From: the human T2T-CHM13v2.0 reference genome, Homo sapiens
NCBI RefSeq assembly: GCF_009914755.1
Contig: NC_060927.1
Length of the DNA stretch: 64,000 nucleotides
Reading direction: 5' to 3' (one strand)
Below, piece after piece: positions 11,924 to 31,405 of this stretch. Positions within the stretch are counted from its first letter, which is position 1; each line of letters opens with the position of its first letter. The position numbers and the translations under genes are program-made. The notes under the pieces were generated by a model. It made no database searches. It had not been told where the DNA came from and worked only from the letters and a program-made list of their open reading frames with translations.

Positions 11924-14020
11924 TAAAAGAAGGAAAACTGAAGCTAAAAAGAAAATTATTTCCTGGGCACCAGATGACACCCCTTGATGACTTTGATATA
12001 AGTTTTTTAAAAATTAGTCTAAATTGAAGTCCTTCAGTGGAAGCCAGTTTCTTCATTGTTGATAAAGACCATACAGGCAAAATCCCAAGCAGTCTCTATT
12101 TTCACGTGGGTATTTTTGGGAACAGCTTGCATGTTCTGATTTTTCTTTTGTATATGGTAAGATCCAAGAAATGCTTGGCTCTGAAAAGGGACTTGGATTG
12201 AGAAGGGTTCAATGGGAGCAAGACCGTTCTCAGAGCCGAAGCTTGTCTCTCTTGCCCCACCTTCTGACTTAGAGATTTGGAATCTCCAGTGGACTGTATT
12301 CATCTCCAGCCTTCCCCTCCAGGCCTCAACTGTCATTCCAAGTGATACTTCTGATTTGAGCAAATGTGAATCTGATGAACACCTACTCCCAAGAAATTAA
12401 AAGGGTTTTAAATTTTTTAAAGGAAAATTTTCCCTCCCAAGTAGAGAAGACAGCTGTTACTAGAGCCATTCTCTGGAACACCAGACTGAGGCCTGAAGGA
12501 GGGTTGGTGAAGCAGATGGCTCAGCAGATGACGGTTGCTAGGGTCATGGAAGAGTGAGGTTTCCTGATGGGAGCCCTGGACCTGTCTGCCCTCCCGTCAC
12601 CTTGTTGGGCACCTTCTCCCCTGCTGCATGCACCTCTGTTCCAACACAGAGGGAAACAAGCCCAGGTGGGGCTCTGTCTCAGGTGCTGACCCAGGCCAGG
12701 CACAGGCCACCACACCAGGCAGCCAGTTCCTTCTTCATATATGGGTTTTTCAGTAAGTTTAGTGGTATAGTTGCTCTGGATGAATTACCCTCTGCCTTCC
12801 TGCTGAAATTAGTTTATCCAACTTAATTAGATCAACAATTGCAGCCACAGCCCAGGCTCATTCATTACTCTAATTGCCAATGTAAGATGTGCAGACTGAT
12901 ATGAGTTCTATTAAGCACATCAATTTTCATGTGGCCAAACAGGTGTTTCATAAGGGATTTAATGCCCTCTCCCTAGACTTCAGCAACAGATGTTAGGTAA
13001 TTTTTTTTAATGTTCACTTTCCCTATTTGGCTTCTCGAGGCAAACATTGTGAAATGCACGAGCCTCATTCTGTAAAGTTAAAACCTGGAGCCAGATCATA
13101 TGCAGGAAAGCACATGCTTAACACCCTAAGGGCTTGCACCTGCAAGGCAAGAGCGATGGCTCTATCCAGACTGTTTGCAGTTCTCATTGGCTGAAAATTC
13201 TGGGTGTTGTGGCAGGGTCATACCTTGGGCCATCCATTCTGTCCCCTGACTGGTTCTTAACACCTCCTTCCTGGGAAAGGTGTTTTGCTGAATTTAACAT
13301 TGACCTGTGCTGCTGGAAAGTTCCATCCAGCTGTGATCCTTAAAGCCCTGTTTGCTCTAGCTTCCTTTGGCCAGGTCTGCCAGGGAGACTGTGTCTGAAT
13401 GTGCAGCATGAGCTTGTCCGGGAATAGGGGAATGGGGTTCCTCAGGCCACACCCTTTCACCTCTAAACCCAGTCAGCTCACAGCTGGAGCCAGTCTCCCA
13501 GGGGGGTCATCTAGATCAAAGCTAAGTGTGGAGAATAAGGGCTGCTTCTCCTTTCTGTGGGTGCAGCTAAGAAAAAGCCCATTCCCCAAAGAGCCCGTGG
13601 CTTGTGTCAGCTAGTTGACCTTGAAAAAATTTCTTTTTCACATTCATTTTGCTGCATTCATTTTGTTTGCACTCACAGGTTGCAGATAATCCAGATCTAA
13701 GGTGGGTTTGGTTTCCTTGGGTAGGTTGGTTTCCAGTAGAAGATTATTTTAGGAGTTTTTAAAAAGAGTTTATAGAGTCAGATGGTACAAGTTTGTCTCT
13801 ATAATTAAGACTTTTCCACCATCACAAACTTTAAACACAAAGTCTAAAATCTTGGGCAGCATAGAAAATAGGTTCTAGCTAAGCAGGAGTTTTGTCCTCT
13901 ACCAAGACCTTTCCTGAAAATCACTTATCAAGACAGTTTCCTGTAAGAAAAAGCCATATCCCAGCTGATTTTCCTTCCTGGGGCCAAAATCTGCTATTAT
14001 TCGGCCTGAAAGCCTTGATG

Positions 14021-14024
<4 letters not shown>

Positions 14025-14072
<48 letters not shown>
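14025..14072 (+). repeat. (TG)24 microsatellite ~205 nt upstream of exon 8A
   Basis: Read directly. Confidence 0.97.
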
Positions 14073-14076
<4 letters not shown>

Positions 14077-14243
14077 GATGCTTGTGTGTGTGTATGGGGA
14101 ATATGTGATTAATGTGTGTTGGCTGCTGTTGTCTCTGATTTGGCTACTGTTGTTTCTGATTTAAATCTAAGTAAATGTTTAATTAAATGTATAGAATGCT
14201 GTCTCTAATGTGACCCTCTCTCCTTATTAAATCCTCTTATTAA

Positions 14244-14381
<138 letters not shown>

Positions 14382-14947
14382 TAAGCTACACCTCTTTCAT
14401 CTTGAAAGCAGAGTCCTGAGGACAGTTGCCAAGACCACACAAGCTTTGCTGGATGAGGGCCGCCAAGAGGGGTTGCCAGACATTTTATGTGTCCTCTGAG
14501 ATGCTTTCTTTTCTGCTGAGGCTTCCCAAATCAAGCTGTTTCCTGGAACCTCACCAGGCTTCATGAAGGAGAACTATAGAACGATTATTGACCAGAAATT
14601 AATCAGCATTGTTGCTTGAGATTTAAACAATTTCCATAGCATGCCCTTTTTTTGTCTGTTCTAAAGTGAGATACATTTATAATTGCTTTATTTGTCTGGA
14701 TCCAAATATAATGCAGATTAATTGTTATAAAACGATAGCAAAATGAGCTGGATTGGGTGGGCTTTTGGTAGTCCCCATTTGTAGATTTCAGCCGCTGAGC
14801 TTGTCCTTATTTGCAGAAAAAAAAAAAAAAGGGAAGGACCTAGGCCCAGTCCCTGTCCTAGGAGCACTAACCTTCAGCAAAGCACTGAGAGGTTTGGCAG
14901 CTGCAACTGGGGCTCTGCTCTTTAGTAAATGGATAACTGATAACTGA

Positions 14948-15070
<123 letters not shown>

Positions 15071-15394
15071 TAAGCAGTCGGATCCGTGTTGCACCTTCTC
15101 CTGCTGCCACGTGTGAGGCAACTCTGCGTGTCTCCTAGCTGCTCCCTGACAGCTTCTCTGCATGTGTTTGGACTCTGATGTCCTCTCAGTGTGTTGCTTT
15201 TGGATTGAACTGTGATTCTTTCTGCCTGTATCTGTCTGTGAGATTCCGTGTTTCCAATGCTTGCCAAACACTGTTAATTTAATGAAAACGTTCCCCCAAA
15301 GCCAGTTGTGTTAGTATGTGAACGTGTAGAGGTGGATTACAAGTGAGTTAAAGGAATTCCAGCCTTGGTCTCCCCCAGGAAAGAGGCTTTTGTC

Positions 15395-15458
15395 CCTTGT
15401 CATTTTGTGTCTATTAGTACATAACTCCTTGTCGTTTTGTGTCTATTAGTACATAACC
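15395..15458 (+). repeat. 32-bp tandem duplication
   Basis: ccttgtc(a/g)ttttgtgtctattagtacataac(t/c), two copies. Confidence 0.95.
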
Positions 15459-18400
15459 TGGCCCCTTTAGGTCACCACAGTGCATTATAAATACTTCCAG
15501 GGGAGTTTTAGATTTTACTGTGAAGGAGAAATAAGCCTCAAGCACATAAATACTGGACAGTTTCAAAATCTTCCTTAGATTGGGATTCTTTATTAGCTTG
15601 GTGTTCTAGTGCTGTCATTGTGAGAACTGTCCCTGTGATTCAGTTTTAACCGAAACTTACAGAATCCTTCTCTTAATGCAGAGTGATGATCGACTTTTGT
15701 GCACACATTTCCCATGGCCTTACAGAGACCCCGTCATTCAGTCACGATTTTTGAAGTTTGCTTGTTTATCACTTCCTCTCTATGGATTGACTCTCCATAA
15801 AGAGGGTGCAACAGATTCTGGCCTGGAAAGGGAACTCCTTATGTTGCAGGCTCTGCCTTGCCCGTAGCTGGAGATGCCATCCCAGAACCCTTGTGGGCAG
15901 CCCTGCATCCACACCGCCTCTCAGACACCCCCAGAAGGTGGGGTGCTACAGAGAAGGGAGCTGGGGGCTGTATGGCTCTCTCACAATCAGCTCCTTCATA
16001 CAGCCATTGCCGGGTTGTGGGGGGCAGGCAGGATACCAGGAGGCCAAGAGGGGCCCACGTCTCCCAGAGGAGCCTCTGTCACTGCGCTGCGCCCAGGCAC
16101 CCTCAGGAAGTAGTGTTGATGGATTTGATTCCAGGCAAGTTTATCTCCTCCTCACTCACTTTATCTTGCTCTTTCCGAGGCTGTATCTCGGGGAAGTGAT
16201 GTCTTCATGTATGCTGAGTTAGTGAAAGGCTTTAATCGCATTTTTGGAAACACTGCCTTTTCCAGAGCAGAAAGCAGAGTGCGTTTATCCATCTCGGCTT
16301 CCTTTCTCCATCTTCCCCTAAACCTGCCCTGGATTGAATGTAGTCAGTTCCACACCAGGGACGCATACTGTCACAGGAAGTCCCTATGTAGAGTTGGCCC
16401 AGGGGCCAGTGCCCGCCAGAGAGAGGAGTGGGGGCTGAGCCTGGGATGGGGCCACATAACCCTCCCCTGCCTGAGCCGCCTCCTGTAGATGAGTGGCTCC
16501 TCAAGCCTCCGGCCCTTCCACCTCAACGTGAGAAGTGTCTCTCTCCTAGTAAACCTCAGTGGCCTTAGGCTAGGGTTGGACATGTGAGGGTGGTGTCTAT
16601 TCCTGGAGAAATAACATCGCATTTGATTTTGCCACAGGAGCTTTCTATACAAGGTTAACAGCAATCCTGTTGTGAATTCCTTGGCGCCTCATGTCTCCTA
16701 AACCCAGCTAAACTGACGGAGGCCATGGAAACCACTAATTTTAACAGTGCCGGTGACATCCCTTATCTTTTAGCTTTCCCAGGCAGGAACCGTTGCCCCA
16801 GCAGACATGATGAAGTAGAGGCAGGAGCCAGATCGTGAGGTGCTTAAAAAAAGAAAAGAGAAAAAGATGGGCGGGGGGGCTTCCCACTATCACAAATGGG
16901 GATTAAACCTGCAACTCCGTGGGAGGTACCCAAAGCTGGAGGATAAAAAAGGTACACTCCTTCATGGAACAACCAGTTTACTGAAATATATTTTGGGGGG
17001 AAATAATTTTTTTAAAAAATATTTTTTCATCAAAACAAAACTTAGATCCCTGATGGAGGAGACTGGAAATGACACATGAAATTATAAAAGAAAACCCGAG
17101 ACTTCTCTGCGATTTTTAACTGTCAGTGCGGGCTGTGCTCAAACCCCTAGAGGCTGCACATGACCTCCTCTCTACTCCCCCAGAAGGCCTCCGGTAGGGC
17201 TGGTTTGGGTAAAGGCAGAACCATGTCTGCAAAGCACAGCCTCGCAGCTTTGTTCCTGATTTGGCCAGTATTTCCTGAGATCCTGTAGAGTGCCCGGCTC
17301 TGGTCCAGAGGCGAGGGGTGCCAGGATGTCTCAGACACAGACAGCGGCCTTGTGCTTAGGCGTTCATTATCTCATGGGGTAGCCCATTTTGAAGCAGTGC
17401 AGAAGGGCACATATTCAGTAGAGGTGCAGACCCAGAGGCTCTGTGAGCTGCACTAGAGAGATGAGGAGGCATCTCCCCCGGCGACTGACGATGGGCTGGC
17501 ATGCCTCCACCTCCGCCCCTCCGCCCCCTCGCCCTCCCAACCACCACCTTCCCTCTCTGCCTGCTACTCCCCTCTCACTTTCCCATTGATATTTTTGTTG
17601 TTGTTTAAGCAAATTATTATTATTTTTTTAAATTTTAGCCTCAAGAGTCTTCATAATTTTTTAAGGGAACACTAGAGGTACTGCAAAACCAGAAGGATAT
17701 AAATGTTGAGAGGAAGACAATTTGTGTTGCATAGACCCTGAGGGACTGTCAGACCAACACAAATGTAATCCGCTAAGCACTGAATTAAAACGCCCTCATT
17801 TTAGAAAGGCTGGTCGAGACCATGTGATTGCCTTCTCACGAGGAAATGTTAGATGGTGCTGTATGTCTTCAAGTCTGTCAGCCATTTGGAAATACCTGTA
17901 TCTGTTTTTGCTCCTTGGCTCCGTCATGTGTGTGGCCATGCCATCCTATTGTATTCTTGAACAGACTTTAATCTGCACATTGGATTTGGTGTTTATTTGT
18001 AAAGTGTTGTAACACTGATGCTTTGGGAAAATCTTTGGTTTTATAACAGTCTTTTTTCCCTCAAGGTAAGTATGAAGTTTATGAACTGTAAACCCTATGC
18101 AGCCATGCATGAATATAGATGAATACTTCCATCTCTGATCACAGTGCTCTGTGGGAGGGGCTGAGAATGTCTATGTCTAATGTTGCAATTTAACCTTAAG
18201 TTGTCATTGAGGATATGCTCCCATTATGACCAGGAATTGGAAAGAATGTCTTCTTTAAGTCTGCAATTCAGACATATTACACGTGGTCTTCTAGAAGTTT
18301 GGCAATTTTTCACTTTTCAAATTGTTAATTGAACTCCCTTTTGAGGTTTTCATCTTTAGAATCATGCTAGATTCCCAGGGGGACCATGGGGGTCATGGGT

Positions 18401-19024
18401 GGTAGGCTGGTTGGCTCTGCCTCCTTCTCCATTTCAGGGCCCACCTGCCACCAGCCATCCCTATGGTGGCAGTGTCTGAGCTTGCAAGATGGGGGACGCC
18501 CTAGGCTCCCAGGATGTGGCTCCAACCCCCAGGAAGGGGGCTGGAAGACTTGGGTTCCGTCCTGCTGGAGTCCCGCGTTCACTCTGGGACTTCACTGAGT
18601 TACCCTGAGCCTCGGTCTCTTTGTCCTTCAGGATATCAGCGACATCCTGTCTTGCCGTCTCCCACACAGGGTGGTTTTCAATCAGCTAATGACTGTAGAA
18701 GTGCTTCTAAAAATACATAAAGGGTTTTTCTAATTTAACATATCCTTATCTTAAATCCGTGGATATCCCCCACTCCCCTCACTGGGTTAGGTGGGAAGGG
18801 TGCAGGGTACTCTTTGGAAATTCTGGAGTGTAGCATTTTCTGGATTTCCCAGCAGGTGGCCACACTTTACACACACATCAACGTTGTACTCAATGTCACC
18901 CAAGAGGTGGCTCTGGAGAATGTGGAAGCACTGTGTCAGCTGCAAAGTATTACGCAGGTCTAAGTCATTGTTATTATATATTTGACAATGTTTTTTTGCA
19001 CAAATTGAGGGGAACGGCATTTCT

Positions 19025-19235
19025 ATTACATAGTGGTTAAGCACACCAGCTTTAGAATCAGACAACCAAGTCTTGAATGTTTGTTCTACCTTTTCCAGTT
19101 GTGAGATTTGGGGCAAGTTACTTACCTCTTTGAGCCTTACTTTCCTCATCTGTGAAATGGAGCTCATCACAGTAGCAGCTTCGTGAAGTTCAGTGAGGAC
19201 TCAGTGAGCTGAAGAATGTAGAGGGCTTGGCCTAT
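19025..19235 (+). mobile_element. MIR
   Basis: tagtggttaagcac...ggcaagttacttacctctttgagccttactttcctcatctgtgaaatgg. Confidence 0.8.
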
Positions 19236-20224
19236 TGAAATTATGACAGTTCAGGAAGGGTGCATCTCTTCCTGGATTTGATGCAAGAAAAGAATCGAAT
19301 CAATTCAGTCCTTTCAAACTAATTAATAATAGCTGGCCAAGATAGGTCTGTGTTAGTGAAAAGCCCAAGTTATATTTTTAAAATGTTTTATTATATATAT
19401 AATGACATAAGCTACTGCTGACTAAAGGATATTACTACATAAACCCCCTCCTGGGCTTGCTTTAAAGAATAGATCAAAATCATTTATAATTCGCTTATGA
19501 ATTCAAACCTTTGGTTTTGGCAACAACTTATGAAAAATATTTGAAATACTTTGTTAAGTAGATCTTGTATGTTGTTAGACAATAAATATTGTTATTAAAC
19601 CCACTCTTATGACATAAAATTGAATGTAAACCCAGCCCAGGTCTATAAATTCAAAATCATACCAATTAATTTGTATTCTTGGTGTTCTAGTAAGTTCCAG
19701 ATCCTACCAGATCACAGGTATCATTTTAAATCAATCCAATTTTGTATTACTATAGGCCTATTTATCTTTAGAAGTTTAAGGGAACATGGATGAAGCGAAG
19801 CATTATAGAAAACTGAAGGCAATTTTCAAACTAGTTTATGTTTTTGAATCTCGCCTCCTACATCCCATTCTGGCTAATTGGATACCAGGGGCCTAGACAA
19901 GGACTCAGGCATGGCTACTTTTAGGAAGCTTTGGTTTCCTAAGGCAAAGATTCATGGGATGGAGAATGTGAAGAGGGAAGGTGGTGCTGGTGCCGGTGTA
20001 CTGTGGACTGACTATACCAGAATTTTACATAGTGGAATCAGGTTTGGTCCATTTAAATTCATACTAGTAATAGCCAGACAATCTCTGATTTCTTCTACTT
20101 GAATGGTGGCTCAAGAGGCAAAACACACCAATAGATAGTAGTTGTATTACTTGTGAATATTTTCTAAGTGGAGACATATCCTCTGGGAATAGGCATTCTT
20201 ATACATTTTTCATGACTGAGATTA

Positions 20225-20561
<337 letters not shown>

Positions 20562-21276
20562 CTTTTCTCTCATTCAACACTTTACCAGCATCTACTGACA
20601 GAAAATGGACAATTGAATTTCCTCCAATATATATACCTCTGATATGTCTGCTTTGTAAAAGAGTAGTGTAATTGCTTACAACATTGAAAAGGTTGTTATT
20701 GGGGTCCTGGGGTAGCCAGGATATCGGCATGATTTGTCACCATATTCAGAATAAAACTGTACTGCAATAGTGAGTTAATTCCATATCTTGGCCAACAGAG
20801 AATTTTTGGCCAGTGGCTACTAAGGCACACGGAAGTCCAGTCTAAAAGGGACAGGGGAGGACTCTTTGTAGATAGTTCTTATGATTAAAAAATAACTTCC
20901 TATGTGTTGTAGTGATGATTAAGCTGACAGAATGCTAAAGACACCATTAATGATTACTTGTAGCAAAGTACTTCCCCACATTTAGCTGGATTTGTCTTTG
21001 GTTTGAAGAGGCTAATACGTGAAAGATTTGTTCACAGTTGGATGTCCCCTTTTCTGAACCATGAAGTAATATTGTGAATGGAGTTGAATGCTGAGGTTAG
21101 GGTGCCGGAAAGATTCAGGGTCCTTCGGTACCCTCACATGGCTTGGCTTTGGTAGAACAAGAAACTAAGCTCTGATTTGGCTTTAAATGAGAGTGCTAAA
21201 TTTCCTTTTTCTAATAAAGAACCTAGCTAAACATTTATATATACTTTTGAACACTGAACTTTCTTGTTGCAGAGTT

Positions 21277-21693
21277 AACAGCTGTTGGGGGTAGCTGACA
21301 GCTGGATCCTGGTGCTGTTGGTACCATGGTACCTGAAGTGCACAGGCTGGTAGCCACACCTGACATTAACAAGTGAGTGGTAACCTCTCTGCCGCTGGCT
21401 CACAGCTACTGTTTCCATAGAAATGGCTGTCGGGATCAGTGGAAACGAGGTAAGTGAAAGTTTTCGCTGATCCTTGTTTCCATCAAGCTGACGTCTGTTT
21501 CCCTGGCAACAGCAGTGGACAGCAGCCAGGCGCTAGCAACAGATTCAGTAGAGCTCTCACTTGTCAGCTGTGGCTATCATCTGTTCCTGACCAAGTTCTT
21601 TTTTTTTTTTTAATAATGTACAGAAAGACCTCTGAGGACCCAGGAGGCACCTCTGGCCACATGTGCCCTCCTGGATGCTCGTTTTGCAGATGG
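21277..21693. promoter_or_regulatory. Candidate intronic enhancer (RFX X-boxes, E-boxes, CRE-like site)
   Basis: Motif cluster only: GTTTCCCTGGCAAC 21497-21510, three CAGCTG, TGACGTC 21489-21495. Confidence 0.4.
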
Positions 21694-22778
21694 AGAGCTG
21701 TGTGCTGAGTTGACTTCTCTGTCCACAGTTCCCCCTCCACCTGTGCTCTGGGTTGTTGATGTGCAGGTTAGAAGAGGGAGGTTGTTGAGGGTATTAGTGT
21801 TGCAGGGGAGGCTGTTGAATCTGTTGATCCCAAATCCTAGGGGAAGAGAATTCATTACAGTGCTTTCATGCACAGACCCAGCTCTTTATAAAGCTGTTGC
21901 TACCTTAATAGTTGAAATTAAAGCCATAATTTTCCTGTGGTCCCTATTCAATTGGAGGCATTAACAATTGCCATTACTTTTACAATGAAAAGGATATTTA
22001 GGAGTTTAATAATTTGGCTTGTGAGAAACAAATTGATGATTGTCTCTAAGATGCTACTGTCAACATTATGCTTTTTTTCTCTTTTGTGTAATATTCTTTT
22101 ACAGGATGGTAAAATTGCTTTTACAGAGATCAAATATTGGTATTGCAGGGCAGCTTGGTATACAAAGACCAGTAGATCTATAGTGTAGGGAACTCTTCCT
22201 TGTTAAAGTTCAACAGCTCCTTTTCTGGATTTCATTTTAATGTTTCAACAGATGGATGCACCCAAGCCCTAGCCCTAAGTATTCTCCACCCATATGAGGC
22301 AGCATTGATGGTGCCACAGAGCAAAGGAGAGCCACTGTTCCTGCCCTGGTGTGTGAGATGAGAGGCATGGAATGAGGTGTTGGTTTTAAGCCCTTACTGA
22401 TACCATTTATTAAAGAGATTTTCTCTGGAAAAAACAAAACAGCTTTGATATTCAGAGCTGTATTTTTGAGACTCAAATGAACATAAAGATCCACGGTCTT
22501 ATGAGAACTTAGATCGGCTGCTAGAAGAGCATTGGAGAACCATGGAGTTTTGTCTTTGGAGGGCTTTCCGGATGACATTGTTCCACAGCTCTCTGGAAAT
22601 AGGGCAACTGTGCTTGGCCTGCAGGCAGTTGAATTTGATATAACAGACGAATAAGAAGCAGAAAATCCTGCTGGATCCTTTTTTCTCCCTCTCTCTTAAC
22701 TTCCTAAGAATGACTTATTCATTTAATGAATTTTTTTTCAGTTCCTACACAGTGGTAGATGTATGCCAAGTGCCCTGC

Positions 22779-22911
22779 TAGGCACTGGGGTTACAGTGGT
22801 GGAATGTAGGCACTGGGTAGGCACCAGGATTACAGTGGTGGGATGTAGGCACCAGGGTTACGGTGGTGGGATGTAGGCACCGTGTAGGCACTGCAGTGAC
22901 AGTGTGGAATG
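22779..22911 (+). repeat. Minisatellite of 28-nt and 11-nt units beginning taggcac
   Basis: Six taggcac starts. The long unit is taggcac(t/c)(g/a)g(g/a)ttac(a/g)gtggtgg(a/g)atg. Confidence 0.9.
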
Positions 22912-23497
22912 AAATGGTTTCTTTCTTCGTGAAGCTTATATCTAATGATGGAGGCCAAAATGACAATTACAAACTCGTATAAATGCTTTGAAAGAAAGGT
23001 TCATGTGCTGTGAGAGGGTTTAACAGGCACAACTGCTGTCAGTTTATTGGGTAGGAGCATCCTGGAAGTGAAGAATGAGTAGTCCACATATCCAGGCAAG
23101 GTGGGACAAGAAGCTAGGGCAAGGGTATTCTAGTCAAGGGAAAACCCACAGAAAGGAGGTACAGTAGGAAGGAGCAGAGGATGCTGGAGGAACTGAATGA
23201 AGCTAGGGTGACAGGAACTGGGAGAGCTGGAGATGAAGTCAGATGAAAGGAAAGAGACTGGCCGGCAGAATCCAGGTCACGTAGGACCTTTAGACTATGT
23301 CACAGGTTTTGGTCATTAGCTGAAGGGTAAGAGAATGCATGGATGAATTTTAAGCAGGGAGTGATATTCAAATTTACATTTTCTAAAAATTATGCTGTAT
23401 TCTCATATCCTCAACTTACCTTAAAATGCTTCAAAAAGATAAGATGATTAATAGATGGATAGGGGGATGCAGAGATAGGTGATAAAGAAAATGTAGC

Positions 23498-23874
<377 letters not shown>

Positions 23875-24039
23875 TCATTGTATAATTGTTTCTACTTTTA
23901 TGGATGTTTGAAATTCTTCCTAATAAAATGTTGGGAAAATCTGCATATGAAAATCACTGTGGCTGCAGTAATATGAATAGATTGGATGGATACACAAATG
24001 GATGTAGAGAGACCAACTTAAGGCTCATATAATCTGCTT

Positions 24040-29390
<5,351 letters not shown>

Positions 29391-30637
29391 TGTGGGGCTG
29401 TTGGAAGCTTCAGTCTCCACAGACTCGGCCTTGGGTGGAGGTCCGCCCAGCTGGGGTGAGGCAGTGATCTGGCTGCGAGCTGTGCCACCCTGGCCTGTGG
29501 GGTCTCTGCTGGCTGAGGGATTACTGGTTTCTCTGTTGTAGTGAGGGGAGCACAAAGGCAGGGGTCAGAAGTGCTGGCCCGTGTGCTTGCTCTGTACTTA
29601 CAGAGGCATGACTTCTTTGGTCAGTATACTTCACGTTTCCAAATCAAGGCTTTTTCTTCCTAAAATTGGAGCGCCCCATCTCTGACTTTTCTCACAGAGC
29701 CATCCTAATAACCAAGGAGAGAAATGGATGGGAAGGGCCTGGATAAACGGGAAGACCTTTCCAAGTATGTGGGAGCTCCACACTGGCCTGGTTGTGTCCT
29801 CCTCCTCGGAGGTCATTTCTGTGAGCTGGAAAAGTCATCTCATTTGCAGTCTGGATGTTTATCTGCACTTCTCTCCAGGGCCTCACATCCTTCCAAGACC
29901 TGGAGCGGCACTTGGCGCATTAGCCTGATTTCTCTAAGTCTGACTGTCATGAGTTTGGTTTTGGGTTCAGGGATAAAACATTAATCCACAGTGAACCCAT
30001 CATTCCTTCGAATTTCTGCTTTAAAATAAATCTTGGTTTAAGTTGCCTGCTGGCAGTTTTGGGCCTCTGAGTCTTGGAGACCCTTGCTGTGTCTGAAGGA
30101 TTTTAAGTCAGTGGGTGAGAGTACACCACCTGCTGAGAGGTGTACTGTCCCCAGAGGCCCACCTGTCCTTAAATCATGGACTATTACTTACAAACAGGCC
30201 CACAGACACATGCCAAGAATTCCAGGGCCCAGTGTAGATTCCAGCAGCTGCACTCTGTCCCCCTTTGGCTATCAGTCAAGGATGTTTCAGCGTCAAACCT
30301 GTACCTATCAGTATGCCCTAGGAGCACAGCAGAGGGTTGGCAAGTCAGAGGGCCTCACCCAAGGAAGCTGGGCTCCAGTTGGGCATTGAAGGATGGACAG
30401 GATTCGTTAGGATGGTAAAGAAAGGAAGCAAGTTGTCAGGAGAGTGGGACCTGGTGCCTCCTGCCTGTCGGAACCAGTGAGTGCAATGGTGAGGCTGCCA
30501 GGGTGCTCCGTGCTGGCTGGTGAGCAGTGGGCAGAGCAGATGTGCAGTTGGGAATACCCACTGAGAGAGGCAGGGTTTTTTTTTTTTTCTTTAAGCTGCG
30601 GGAGCTGTCAGAGTGTTTGAAATAAGGTGATGGTTGA

Positions 30638-31187
<550 letters not shown>

Positions 31188-31244
31188 AGATTTTTTTTTA
31201 ATTGCTTATAATCCTGTGCTTTATTCAGTTTATTTTAATCATCT

Positions 31245-31405
31245 CCACTACTTTGATGAGGTAAGTGTTCTTTGCCTCAGTTTACAGATGAGGAAATCAA
31301 GACTCAGGGAGGTTTATCAATTTTCTCAAAATTTACACAGCTAGTAAGTAGTTAAACTAGGAATTAAATCTAGATCTGTCTGTCTCCAGAGCCCAAGCTG
31401 CTTTT
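31245..31405 (-). mobile_element. MIR
   Basis: tttacagatgaggaaatcaagactcagggaggtt...cacagctagtaagt. Confidence 0.75.

Noticed and set aside
13021-13030. ccctatttgg as a CArG box
   Set aside because: It does not fit CC(A/T)6GG and is an isolated motif.
22779-22911. Repeat array resembling CRISPR
   Set aside because: The units are tandem with no unique spacers, derive from L2, and lie in human DNA with no cas genes.
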